64,000 bases of DNA, from NCBI GenBank assembly GCA_049322915.1, contig JBMOPW010000020.1:224001-288000 (forward strand). The letters run 5' to 3'. Source of the DNA: Candidatus Zhuqueibacterota bacterium (GTDB lineage Bacteria; Zhuqueibacterota; Zhuqueibacteria; Thermofontimicrobiales; Thermofontimicrobiaceae). The notes below the pieces were generated by a model. That model had not been told where the DNA came from. It did not search any database and worked only from the letters and a program-made list of their open reading frames with translations. Within the stretch, counting starts at the first letter, position 1. Every line of letters begins with the position of its first letter. Of this stretch, positions 1 through 9,296 are shown piece by piece. Made by a program: the position numbers and the translations under genes.

Positions 1-1018
1 GCGTGATGGTCAGCGTTTTTTTATTGCGGTTGTGCTTGGCGATGAAATGGTCGATCAAAATCGGCAGGTCGTCTTTGCGATCCCGCAGCGGCGGCACAGC
101 AATGGGGATGATATTCAACCGGTAAAAAAGGTCCTCCCGAAATTTTCCTTCCTTCACTAACTGATGCAGATTCACTTTGGTAGCGCAGACCACGCGAAAA
201 TCGACCGGAACCGCCTCCGAACTGCCGACCGGCTGAACCTCCCGTTCCTGTAAAACGCGGAGTAATTTCACTTGCAGCAGTAACGGCAGGTCGTCGATGT
301 CATCGATGAAAAGTGTCCCGCCGTGGGCGCGCGCGATGTAGCCCTTGTGGCGTCGATGCGCTCCGGTGAAGGCGCCCTTTTCGTGGCCGAACAATTCGCT
401 CTCCAGCAGGCTTTCCGGCAGTGTGGCGCAATTGATGGCAACGAACGGTCCATTGCTCCGCTCGCTGTACTGGTGCAGAATTCGCGCCACCAGTTCTTTG
501 CCGGTCCCGCTTTCGCCCTGCACGAGTACGGTGTGATCTGTCGGAGCCACCGATTGCAGCGTCGCCATGAGCCTTTGCATGACCGGCGTACTGCCAATCA
601 ACGCCGTGGTTTCGTATCGATGGATCCGATTTTTGAGCTGCCGGTTTTCCTGTAAAATTTCTTTGAATTGCCGGATATGCATCAGCATGCTCAGCAGTTT
701 ATCTGGCGAAAATGGCTTGGTCACATAATCGTACGCGCCGAGTTTTAACGCGGCGACGGCCGTTTCCACCGTCGCGTACGCAGTGATGACGATGACCGTG
801 CAGTCGGCATTTTTCTCCTTCGCGGCTTTCACAATATCCAGGCCGTTCAAGCCGGGCAGGCGCAAATCGGTCAGCACCACTTCGAATCGCTCGTGCTCCA
901 GCATTTCCAGACCGGCGTTGCCGGTGTCACAGGCGCTGACGTGATAGCCCTCCTTCCGGAGCATCTCTGTCAGCGTAATGCGGGAAATTTTTTCGTCTTC
1001 AACAAGTAAAATATTCAT
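1..1018 (-). CDS. Sigma-54-dependent (NtrC/AtoC-family) response regulator, 3' end truncated by the window edge
   Basis: Absent from the ORF track; read manually. ATG at 1018 overlaps the kinase stop (ATGA) and gives MNILLVEDEK (receiver), followed by GESGTGKE (Walker A), GAFTGA, GGTLFIDDIDDLP, LQVKLLRVLQE and FREDLFYRLN. Confidence 0.93.
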   Translation of the reverse strand, partial: MNILLVEDEKISRITLTEMLRKEGYHVSACDTGNAGLEMLEHERFEVVLTDLRLPGLNGLDIVKAAKEKNADCTVIVITAYATVETAVAALKLGAYDYVTKPFSPDKLLSMLMHIRQFKEILQENRQLKNRIHRYETTALIGSTPVMQRLMATLQSVAPTDHTVLVQGESGTGKELVARILHQYSERSNGPFVAINCATLPESLLESELFGHEKGAFTGAHRRHKGYIARAHGGTLFIDDIDDLPLLLQVKLLRVLQEREVQPVGSSEAVPVDFRVVCATKVNLHQLVKEGKFREDLFYRLNIIPIAVPPLRDRKDDLPILIDHFIAKHNRNKKTLTIT

Positions 1019-2475
1019 GCTGCACCCTGAATTGGCAGTGTCACGTGAAAGGTGGTTTTCACACCGGGCTGGCTGGAAACGCGAATTGCGCCGGCGTGAT
1101 TTTCAATGATGCCGAGGCTGACGGATAGTCCCAGCCCGGTGCCCTTGCCCTCATCCTTTGTAGTGAAAAAAGGATCGAAAATTTTGTCCAGATGCTGCGG
1201 CTCAATGCCGGTTCCATTGTCGGAAATTTCGAAGAAGATGGCGTCGCTGTTGAGGACGCCGGTCGCGATGGTGATTTGGCCCTGAACTTCGATGCTGTCG
1301 ATGCTGTTGATCAGCAGATTCATGATCACCTCCTGAATGAGATGGCCGTCCGCTTGAATCGCCGGGAGCTCATCGGCAAGCTGCTTCCTGATGTGAATAT
1401 TGTTTTTCTCGAGCCGATATTGTATCAGCGACAGGACATTGTCGATCTCGTCATTGAGATTGATTCGGGCAACGTGCTTGGATTGTTGGCGCGAAAAACC
1501 GAGCAGCTTCTGCACAATGAGCGCAATGTGATCCAGCCCTTCGTTGGCCAATTGGAGATAGCGATGAGTCTGACCCAGATCCTCGGGCTCGCGTCCGATG
1601 GCGTACAGGCAGTTCTTGATGCCATTGAGTGGATTGTTGATTTCGTGGGCCACGCCGGAAGCCAGCCGTCCCACAGAGGCTAATTTTTCAGCGTGAAAAA
1701 CCTGGCGCTGGGCTTCCAATAATTGCCGCCGCGATTGAGCCAGACGCTTTTTCATTTCTTCAAAGTTTGTGACCAGAAAGCCGATTTCATCGCGGCCGGC
1801 GGTTAACTGGATGGGGCCATCGCGTTCCAGGTCCAATTGATTCATTTCCGAGACCAGTTGCCGAAGCGACTTGGTGAGGCGATGAATGAGAACATAAATC
1901 ACTGCCAGAATGATCACGACCACGCTCAGCGTGAGCGTCAACAGCAGGAAAAATAATTGTTTCATTTTCGCCCGTGTCGGCTCGCTGTCAAAGCCCATTT
2001 TCAGAACGCCCCATGATTTGCCATGGATTTGCAGCGGGAAGGTCACTTCGGTGATCCAGCCGAAATCGGCGATGTTGTGTATGCGGCAGATGGGTTCGAA
2101 ATTGCCGGAAGAAGCGAGCGCGCCCGTTCCGTCAGCGATCTGGCTCGCCCCGGAATAGCTGCTGCGAACCATGATGTGCCCGTGAGGATCGTACACATGG
2201 ATGAATTTGACCTGCTCGTTTTTCTTCAAAAAATTGTGGATATGATTCTCTAAAAATCCTTCCTGTTGCAGCAGACCGCTTTCCTGGTAGATGAGCGCGT
2301 CGAGGATGGAAACGGAGAACGTCTGCGTCACCAGCAGCGCGCTCTCTGCCTGGTTTTTCAAAATGAGCGAGCGCCAGTGAATGAGCACGCTGATGGAAAT
2401 GGCCATCATCAGGAAAATGATGAGGCTGCCCATGAGCAGGACGAAGCGCGTTTTCAGGCTGTAGAGGTAGCTCAT
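1015..2475 (-). CDS. Membrane sensor histidine kinase (TM-periplasmic-TM-HAMP-HisKA-HATPase)
   Basis: H-box LASGVAHEINNPL, N-box NLLINSID, DNGTGI, FDPFFTTK and GTGLGL; two hydrophobic segments. Confidence 0.95.
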   Translation of the reverse strand: MSYLYSLKTRFVLLMGSLIIFLMMAISISVLIHWRSLILKNQAESALLVTQTFSVSILDALIYQESGLLQQEGFLENHIHNFLKKNEQVKFIHVYDPHGHIMVRSSYSGASQIADGTGALASSGNFEPICRIHNIADFGWITEVTFPLQIHGKSWGVLKMGFDSEPTRAKMKQLFFLLLTLTLSVVVIILAVIYVLIHRLTKSLRQLVSEMNQLDLERDGPIQLTAGRDEIGFLVTNFEEMKKRLAQSRRQLLEAQRQVFHAEKLASVGRLASGVAHEINNPLNGIKNCLYAIGREPEDLGQTHRYLQLANEGLDHIALIVQKLLGFSRQQSKHVARINLNDEIDNVLSLIQYRLEKNNIHIRKQLADELPAIQADGHLIQEVIMNLLINSIDSIEVQGQITIATGVLNSDAIFFEISDNGTGIEPQHLDKIFDPFFTTKDEGKGTGLGLSVSLGIIENHAGAIRVSSQPGVKTTFHVTLPIQGAA

Positions 2476-3422
2476 GGCCTCTCCGGCATCGATGCAATGA
2501 TGGGTTCAATGTGGTCGTAATCAGCGTCCCGGGCAATGGCGAATCCGAAGGCGAACTCCGGGTCCCAGTCTTTCACGATGCGCTGATATTCAGTTTTTCG
2601 AATATCGATTTTCAGAAATGCGCTCTGAATGGCCTGCGCGATGACCGCGTCCAGTTCCGCATTGACAACGATGGGCGAGCCGGGAATCGGTTCTGAGGTG
2701 GCGAGAAATCGGATGCCTTTATCGATGAATTCGTAGGCCACGCGATCTTTCACCACGCCCACATCGAAATTTCCCTGCAAAACCTGATAGATAACGGTGT
2801 GATGATAATCGAAATAATGAATGGAATCCAGGTCGCTGATCGTCAATCCATATTTTTTAAATTCGTGGCGGAACAACCAGTTGCCGGAAAACGACTGCGG
2901 CGAAGGGAGAGCCAGTCGCTTGCCTTTGATATCTTTGATGGACTGCAACGGGCTATCGGACCGCGTCACCAGCACGGAGCGGAAAAACGGCTCGAATTGA
3001 TTGTTGAGCGGTTTTAGGATGCACTTCAGCGGAGATTTTTCGCGGGCAGCCAGGTAGATGTAGGTCCCCAAGAATGCCGCCTGAACCTGCCCGCTGACCA
3101 GTTGGTGAATGGTCTCTTCGTAGGAATTACTCAATTTCAATTCGAACCGATACGGCGTCGATTGAGTGAGGTAATTCATGATGGGCTGATACCCTTCGTA
3201 GATCAAATTGGGTGAAAACCTGGAGATGACGCCGAAATAGACAACCGGCTTCGCGCCGGCCGGCGTGGTCGGGGAAGCGGCCAAGTCGGATTCGTCCGGC
3301 GCGATGGAGATGTCAGTGATGGCAAAGTAGCCATAAAAAACAGCTATGACGAAAATGATGAATGCGCCAATGGCCAAAAAGAATTGTAGGAATTTCATCG
3401 TGTGCTTTTCGTTGAACTTCAT
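2472..3422 (-). CDS. PhnD-like (phosphate/phosphite/phosphonate) periplasmic binding protein
   Basis: N-terminal hydrophobic anchor, FRSVLVTRSDSPLQSIKDIKGKRLA, PQSFSGN, HHTVIYQVLQGNFDVG and C-terminal ARDADYD, all typical of the family; 4-bp overlap with the kinase. Confidence 0.85.
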   Translation of the reverse strand: MKFNEKHTMKFLQFFLAIGAFIIFVIAVFYGYFAITDISIAPDESDLAASPTTPAGAKPVVYFGVISRFSPNLIYEGYQPIMNYLTQSTPYRFELKLSNSYEETIHQLVSGQVQAAFLGTYIYLAAREKSPLKCILKPLNNQFEPFFRSVLVTRSDSPLQSIKDIKGKRLALPSPQSFSGNWLFRHEFKKYGLTISDLDSIHYFDYHHTVIYQVLQGNFDVGVVKDRVAYEFIDKGIRFLATSEPIPGSPIVVNAELDAVIAQAIQSAFLKIDIRKTEYQRIVKDWDPEFAFGFAIARDADYDHIEPIIASMPERP

Positions 3423-3481
3423 GTTTTTGACGTTCCTTTGAGCAAAATGTATACCTCACAATTCTCTGGAAAAACAACAGC

Positions 3482-3510
3482 AATGTACGGTATGAAAAAA
3501 TCAAAGTCAA
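3482..3510 (-). promoter_or_regulatory. Putative sigma-70 promoter for the SBP-kinase-regulator operon
   Basis: Minus strand reads TTGACT-N17-TACATT, about 60 bp upstream of the 3422 start. Confidence 0.55.
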
Positions 3511-3516
3511 GGGGAT

Positions 3517-3574
3517 TGTCGAAATCTCGGCAGGCGGCTCATCGAAAAATCGATGAGTTGTCGGAGATTCGTGA
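3517..3574. promoter_or_regulatory. Candidate upstream activator sites for the sigma-54 activator
   Basis: Perfect inverted repeat CTCATCGA-AAAA-TCGATGAG (3538-3557) flanked by similar TGTCGA-AATC-TCGGCA (3517-3532) and TGTCGG-AGAT-TCGTGA (3559-3574), about 100 bp upstream of a -24/-12 site. Confidence 0.55.
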
Positions 3575-3650
3575 GAGCAGGAGCCGTGCGTCGACCGAAG
3601 ATGTCTGGAAAATATGTCGCAATTGTTGCATGTGAGCGGAGGACATTGAC

Positions 3651-3665
3651 TGGCATGGACTTTGC
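3651..3665 (+). promoter_or_regulatory. Sigma-54 (-24/-12) promoter
   Basis: TGGCATGGACTTTGC = GG-N10-GC, close to the TGGCAC-N5-TTGC consensus; about 40 bp upstream of the ATG at 3708 and adjacent to a sigma-54 activator gene. Confidence 0.8.
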
Positions 3666-3707
3666 GATTGCTATTACACTTCATTTTATTTAAACTTAGG
3701 AGATGGT

Positions 3708-4334
3708 ATGCCGGACGTTAAACCACGCTTTGAATTCCGGGCATTCGCTCAGAATTTTGGAATCGTCGAGGACAGGATGCGGCAACTGAGTCCTCTGGAA
3801 AAAATTCGGGAGAGTCTGGAAATTTATATCATGTCAGCCGGCAATAATGAGAACAACACCAAAATCCGAGACGGCCTCATGGATATCAAGGTGTTTGTGC
3901 AGTCGGTCGACGGGCTGGAACAATGGAATCCGCGAATGAAAGGCGAATTTCCCATGTCAGCGCAGATGATTCGCGACGAAGTATTCCCGGCTTTTGGTGT
4001 GACGGCGCCCTCATTGAACCGCAGCGCCTACACGCTGGAGCAATATATCCGCGAAGTGGTTGCGCCCCATCCGGGCCTGGCTGCGGTGAATGTGTTCAAG
4101 CGCCGATTCGCTTTCACCATTAACAATTGCATTGCAGAACTGGCGGACGTCTACATCAATGGCGCCAGAATCCGAACGGCCAGCCTGGAATCTGTCGATT
4201 CGGAAGCGATCCTGCAAGCCAAATCAATGGTCGGGTTGAATGACTTCGAAAATGTCAATTACCTGCTGGCGATCAAGCGCGTCATTGGCATGGAACCGTT
4301 GCCAGAGACATCGCCCTATCGCGTCGGATTTTAA
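3708..4334 (+). CDS. Hypothetical protein, probable divergent CYTH/triphosphate tunnel metalloenzyme
   Basis: AGGAG RBS. RFEFRAF, KIRDGLMDIK, FKRRFAF..IAELADV and ASLES parallel the CYTH motifs of the next gene. Confidence 0.6.
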   Translation: MPDVKPRFEFRAFAQNFGIVEDRMRQLSPLEKIRESLEIYIMSAGNNENNTKIRDGLMDIKVFVQSVDGLEQWNPRMKGEFPMSAQMIRDEVFPAFGVTAPSLNRSAYTLEQYIREVVAPHPGLAAVNVFKRRFAFTINNCIAELADVYINGARIRTASLESVDSEAILQAKSMVGLNDFENVNYLLAIKRVIGMEPLPETSPYRVGF

Positions 4335-4576
4335 CGCATCGCTTCGAAGAAAAGGGCGCCCGTGGAACTGGCGTCCGACGCGCCGGGATTGGGCTGGAAT
4401 CCGCTGAAGCCTTTGCGATGCCGGCGGCTTTTTCATCGCGAATTCAGCGTCGTCGATGACTTTGAAATTGCTCCGGCGCTTGTTCATTTCGGCGTGAGAT
4501 GGTCGCTTCCCGGACGACGACGGCGATGCTCCCAATTGAGACGAATGTTTGTTCATTTAAAAATGAAGGAAAAGGA

Positions 4577-5044
4577 ATGGCCAAAGAAATAGAACGCAAG
4601 TTCCTCGTGAACGGAGATGCCTGGCGCAAGCTGGCCCGTGGCATCCATTATCGGCAGGGCTATTTATCGACGGTGAAAGAACGGACGGTGCGCGTGCGTA
4701 CGGTCGACGCCAAAGGTTTTCTGACGATCAAAGGCATTACGGTCGGCGCGTCCCGGTCGGAGTTCGAGTACGAAATCCCGGTCGATGATGCCAATTTCAT
4801 GCTGGATCATCTCTGCGAGAAGCCGCTCATTGAGAAATATCGATACAAGATTCCATTTGAAGGACATGTATGGGAACTGGATGAGTTCGAAGGCGATAAC
4901 CAGGGGCTGATCGTGGCGGAGATCGAATTGAAACACGAGGACGAGATGTTCCAGCGACCGCAGTGGATCGGGCAGGAAGTGACCGGCGATCCGCGGTACT
5001 TCAATTCCAACCTGACGAAAAATCCATTCACCACCTGGCAATAG
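4577..5044 (+). CDS. CYTH-domain protein (inorganic triphosphatase-like)
   Basis: MAKEIERKFLV (ExExK), QGYLS, TVRVR, FLTIKG, EFEYEIP, EKYRY, WELDEF, VAEIEL and GQEVTGDPRYFN. Start moved to the ATG at 4577, which has an RBS. Confidence 0.92.
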   Translation: MAKEIERKFLVNGDAWRKLARGIHYRQGYLSTVKERTVRVRTVDAKGFLTIKGITVGASRSEFEYEIPVDDANFMLDHLCEKPLIEKYRYKIPFEGHVWELDEFEGDNQGLIVAEIELKHEDEMFQRPQWIGQEVTGDPRYFNSNLTKNPFTTWQ

Positions 5045-5056
5045 AGAGAAACCGCA

Positions 5057-6703
5057 ATGGCACAGAACGGGAATACACCGGAGAAAAATTTTACGAATAC
5101 GCCTGATGCATCCGGGATTGAACGCGACCCATTGGACATGAGCAACTACCATTTGAATTTGCTCCCCAAAAAGATCGTTTCGCCGCTGGAAAGCTTCCTG
5201 GCCAAAATCGGCGGGCCGCTCGCAATTCTGGTTTTCATCATTTTCAATTTTTTTATTGACTTCAAATTTCTGGACAATATCGATCCTGCCATTTTGAGCA
5301 AAGACGCCCGCGCTGTTTTCGACGCTGTTGGCGCGGACGCATTTCAGGCAAAAAACATCTCGATGCTGGCAGTGTTCGTTGCAGCGCTCATTTTGTGGGT
5401 GACTGAGGCCGTGCCCAATTATCTCACGTCGCTGATGCTGATCATCACTCTGGTGCTGACCGGCGTGCTCTCCGAAGTGGATGCATACCATCAGCTCGGG
5501 CATAAAATTATGTGGCTCAACATTCTGTCGTTCATCCTGGCCAGCATGCTGGTGAAGACCGGCGCTGCCAAGCGGTTTGCGCTCTGGTTCATCGTCCGGT
5601 TCGGGAAAAACGCATCGTCGATTTTTATCAGCTTCATCGCCATCAACCTGGTGTTGTCCGCGTTTATCTCCGCCACCACCGCTAAAGCCGCGATTCTGCT
5701 GCCAATTTTTATGGTGGTTGCCGCGATTTACGGCGCTCCCGGCGGAGCCAATAAGACGAACTTCGGGCGCAATATTGTCCTGCAGAATTTATTTCAGATC
5801 AACATCGGCGCCAGCGGATTTCTCACCGGATCGGGCGCGAATCTTTTGGCAGCGGCGCTCATCGGCGGCGCCCTTGGCGCTGAAATTTTTTATTCGGATT
5901 GGCTTATCATCGGCTTTCCGCTGGCCGTGGCGCTCATTCTCATCGGATGGGTGGTGGGCACGCGACTGATTTTCCCCCTGGCGGCAAGAGAACGAACGCC
6001 GCAAATCCAGGGTGGGATGGAGCGGCTTCGGAGCGAATTGAACCAACTTGGTCCCATTCGGACCGATGAAATAAAGTCCGTGTTGATCTTCATTGCCGTG
6101 CTGGCATTATGGGCGACCGACCGCTGGCATGGGCTGAGCGCTACAGCCGTTGCGTTCATGGGCGCTGTGATCGCGTTGATTCCCGGCATTGGGCCGGTGC
6201 GGTGGAACGATGTGGATATTCCCTGGCATCTGCTGCTTTTTTCGGCCGGCGCGTACACGCTGGGCGAGGGATTGCAGGTGACAGACCTGCCGGCGATCAT
6301 GGTTGATCGGCTTTTCATCAGCATGGGATTCAATGAAACCACGCCTTTCTGGGTTTTGTATCTCATCATCACCGGTTCCATGCTGTTCAGCGCGATCATT
6401 TTTCAATCCAAAACTATGCGCACGCTCATTTTTATCCCGATTGCCATTGGTGTGGCCAATCGATTCGGCTACCCGGTCATGAGCCTGGCCTTCCCGGCGG
6501 CGCTATTGATCGAGCACGTCTATGTGCTGCCGTTCAATAGCAAGCCGGCTGCGTTGCTGTATGTCACGGATCAGTATAGCTGGACTGATTCTTTCAAATT
6601 TGGATTTACGATGATGGTCATCGCCTGGATCATCAGCATCCTCATGGCGATGACGGTGTTTCGGTTCATGGGAATTACGCCTCATGGGCTGGGAATTTTT
6701 TGA
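5057..6703 (+). CDS. DASS/SLC13-family anion transporter
   Basis: Polytopic; LWVTEAVP, SAFISATTAKAAILLPI, FLTGSGAN, IPWHLLLFSAG and LPFNSKPAAL. Confidence 0.88.
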   Translation: MAQNGNTPEKNFTNTPDASGIERDPLDMSNYHLNLLPKKIVSPLESFLAKIGGPLAILVFIIFNFFIDFKFLDNIDPAILSKDARAVFDAVGADAFQAKNISMLAVFVAALILWVTEAVPNYLTSLMLIITLVLTGVLSEVDAYHQLGHKIMWLNILSFILASMLVKTGAAKRFALWFIVRFGKNASSIFISFIAINLVLSAFISATTAKAAILLPIFMVVAAIYGAPGGANKTNFGRNIVLQNLFQINIGASGFLTGSGANLLAAALIGGALGAEIFYSDWLIIGFPLAVALILIGWVVGTRLIFPLAARERTPQIQGGMERLRSELNQLGPIRTDEIKSVLIFIAVLALWATDRWHGLSATAVAFMGAVIALIPGIGPVRWNDVDIPWHLLLFSAGAYTLGEGLQVTDLPAIMVDRLFISMGFNETTPFWVLYLIITGSMLFSAIIFQSKTMRTLIFIPIAIGVANRFGYPVMSLAFPAALLIEHVYVLPFNSKPAALLYVTDQYSWTDSFKFGFTMMVIAWIISILMAMTVFRFMGITPHGLGIF

Positions 6704-6869
6704 CAGCAATGTTCATGGCCGTTGAAAAATGCTGACGCAGAAATCCTGTCCCGATTCGAAAGCGCGAGGCGTTTCGCTGTTGCGCTGACGTCCCTGAGTC
6801 GCTCACGCCTTCGCGGCTGGAAATCTGGGAGTCGTTTCAGATAATGTAATTATTCAGGCATGTATTTTT

Positions 6870-7009
6870 GCCGCAAAGGCGCCAGGTCACGAAGCCCTGG
6901 CGTTAAAGTCAGGTAACAGAAATTCAATTTTATTTTTAAAACCAAATTCAGTTTTCAGAATTCATTTTTAAGATGTTTCTTTTTCTTTGTGCTTTTGAGA
7001 CTTGGTGGC
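6870..7009. repeat. Inverted pair of 25-bp, 8-nt-periodic repeat arms around an AT-rich spacer
   Basis: GCCGCAAAGGCGCCAGGTCACGAAG (6870-6894) and CTTTGTGCTTTTGAGACTTGGTGGC (6985-7009); relatives occur at 33494 and 36474/36578. Confidence 0.55.
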
Positions 7010-7085
7010 TAAACAGTCACCAGATTTGAAAATGAAATAGTGGAATAACAAGAAGTTGGAATGAAAGTCATTGACGGTGAGGATG

Positions 7086-7730
7086 ATGTCTATTTTATTC
7101 AAATCAACAAAACAGTTAGTGATGCAGATTGATGAGTTTTTGGATGCCATTTCCCAGGGTAGTCTGCTGTTTAAATTGGGAGTGAAAAATTATCTGGAAA
7201 AAGATAATCCAAATTTCAATGAGCATCTCAAATCGATCGATTCCCTTGAAGGCAAAGCCGACGAATTGCGCCGTAATATTGAAAATCAACTCTACACTCA
7301 GACGCTCATCCCGGAGCACCGCGGCGATGTGTTGGGGCTGCTGGAGAGCACGGATAATGTGATCAACCAGATGAAAGCGACGCTGTTCCAGTTCGATATT
7401 GAAACGCCGGAAATTCCGGAATCATTGAATAAGCATTTCATCGACCTGACCGAGATGTCCGTGAACTCCACCGAGGTGTTGGTGAAGGCTATTCGCGCAT
7501 TTTTCAAGGATGTGAATTCGGTGAAAGATCATCTTCACAAAGTCTACTTTTTCGAAAAAGAAGCGGATCGAATTGGGGATGATCTCAAGCGCCATGCGTT
7601 CAAACTGAATATCGAGTTGAGCCAGAAATTTCATCTCCGGTACTTTGCGCTGCATATTCAGCAAGTGTCGGACAATGCCGAAGCGGTCGCTGACCGGCTG
7701 GACATCTGCACCATAAAGAGAACGATGTGA
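7086..7730 (+). CDS. DUF47 / PhoU-like phosphate transport regulator
   Basis: LEGKADELRR and FEKEADRIGD repeats, SDNAEAVADRL; immediately upstream of a PiT gene. Start could be 7083. Confidence 0.9.
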   Translation: MSILFKSTKQLVMQIDEFLDAISQGSLLFKLGVKNYLEKDNPNFNEHLKSIDSLEGKADELRRNIENQLYTQTLIPEHRGDVLGLLESTDNVINQMKATLFQFDIETPEIPESLNKHFIDLTEMSVNSTEVLVKAIRAFFKDVNSVKDHLHKVYFFEKEADRIGDDLKRHAFKLNIELSQKFHLRYFALHIQQVSDNAEAVADRLDICTIKRTM

Positions 7731-7731
7731 C

Positions 7732-9222
7732 ATGGTATCGGCATTTTTAATAAGCGGACTGTTTCTCGGCTGGTCGTTGGGTGCGAATGATGCGGGCAAT
7801 GTCTTCGGCACGGCTGTGGCGACAAAAATGCTGCGCTTTAAAACTGCCGCCGCGATTTGCAGTGTGTTCGTCATTCTGGGCGCTGCATTCAGCGGGGCCG
7901 GCGCCTCGCACACGCTGGAGCGATTGGGATCTGTGAACGCCATTGCCGGCTCCTTCATTGTGGCGCTGGCCGCTGCCATCACGACGTTTTTCATGACGCG
8001 CATCAAAATACCGGTCTCCTCGAGCCAGGGAATTGTCGGAGCGATTATTGGCTGGAATTTCTTTGCCGGCTATTTGACGGACTTTCGCTCTTTAACGACA
8101 ATCATCCTGACCTGGATTCTCTGTCCGGCGCTTTCTGCGGCGTTCGCCATCGTGCTCTTTTTGATCATGAAGGCCTGGCTCAGCCGATTGAAAATCCACA
8201 TGCTGCAAATGGATATGCTGACCCGAGTCGGCCTGATCATTGTCGGCGCGTTTGGTTCGTACACACTGGGAGCGAACAATATTGCCAATGTCATGGGCGT
8301 CTTCGTGCCGGTGGCCGATTTCCCGACCATTCACATTGCCGGTTTTTTGAACTTCACCGGCACCCAGTTGTTGTTCGCGCTGGGCGGTTTCGCCATTGCC
8401 GCCGGCGTGTTCACCTATTCCCATAAAGTGATGGATACCGTGGGCAAGAGCCTGTTCAAGCTATCACCCATTGCGGCGTTGATCGTGGTGCTGGCCCATT
8501 CAATCGTCCTGTTCCTTTTTTCATCGGAAGGATTGGGGCAATTTCTCGCCTCTATCGGATTGCCATCCATTCCGCTCGTGCCTGTCTCCAGCACTCAGGC
8601 GATTGTTGGCGCTGTCATCGGGATTGGCATTTTAAAAGGCGGACGGCAGATCAAATTCAAAATTTTAGGCGGAATAGCCCTGGGCTGGGTGACGACTCCC
8701 ATCATGGCCGGCCTGGTGGCATTTCTCTCGCTGTTCATTTTTCAAAATGTCTTTGACCAGCAGGTGTACCGGAAAGTCTCTTTCGATATGAATGAGCAGG
8801 TCATTCGCCAACTCAATGCAGAGGGCATTGTCGATACAAGCCTTGTTAGTTTGCAGAAAACCGAGTTTAAAAATCCCGCCCGGTTCGAATCGGTGCTCCG
8901 CGACCAAACGACGCTGAACCATGACCAGCGGAAAAAGGTAATCGAATATTCATTCGTGGAATCATACAGAGTCAATCCTCGGCTCATTGATAGTAAAATC
9001 GATAGTCTGTGGTTCACGCCGGACCAGATGGCAGCGTTGAGATCCCTTGCCGGAAAAACCTATTCGTATCGCTGGCAGTTTGTGAACGATTTACAGCGAT
9101 GGGGTGAGGCGTGGCGGTTTCGCGATGAAACAAAATTTACCCGGAATTACAATAAAGACCTGCAATCGAAATTCGAATTTCTATTCGAGATGTTTCGGGT
9201 CGATGACGAGGCAATGAATTAG
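7732..9222 (+). CDS. Inorganic phosphate transporter (PiT family) with a soluble C-terminal extension
   Basis: Signature motifs GANDAGN and GANNIAN; PVSSSQGIVGA and PVSSTQAIVGA. Confidence 0.93.
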   Translation: MVSAFLISGLFLGWSLGANDAGNVFGTAVATKMLRFKTAAAICSVFVILGAAFSGAGASHTLERLGSVNAIAGSFIVALAAAITTFFMTRIKIPVSSSQGIVGAIIGWNFFAGYLTDFRSLTTIILTWILCPALSAAFAIVLFLIMKAWLSRLKIHMLQMDMLTRVGLIIVGAFGSYTLGANNIANVMGVFVPVADFPTIHIAGFLNFTGTQLLFALGGFAIAAGVFTYSHKVMDTVGKSLFKLSPIAALIVVLAHSIVLFLFSSEGLGQFLASIGLPSIPLVPVSSTQAIVGAVIGIGILKGGRQIKFKILGGIALGWVTTPIMAGLVAFLSLFIFQNVFDQQVYRKVSFDMNEQVIRQLNAEGIVDTSLVSLQKTEFKNPARFESVLRDQTTLNHDQRKKVIEYSFVESYRVNPRLIDSKIDSLWFTPDQMAALRSLAGKTYSYRWQFVNDLQRWGEAWRFRDETKFTRNYNKDLQSKFEFLFEMFRVDDEAMN

Positions 9223-9296
9223 TCAGCAATAATGGGGCGGCCGGGCAATTACGTTTTTAAATCACTCATTCAAAATATTTCTTCACAGGAGATGGC

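Noticed and set aside
2472..3422. Phosphonate (phn) utilisation operon
   Set aside because: No phnCE or C-P lyase genes in the window; the binding protein is coupled to a kinase instead.
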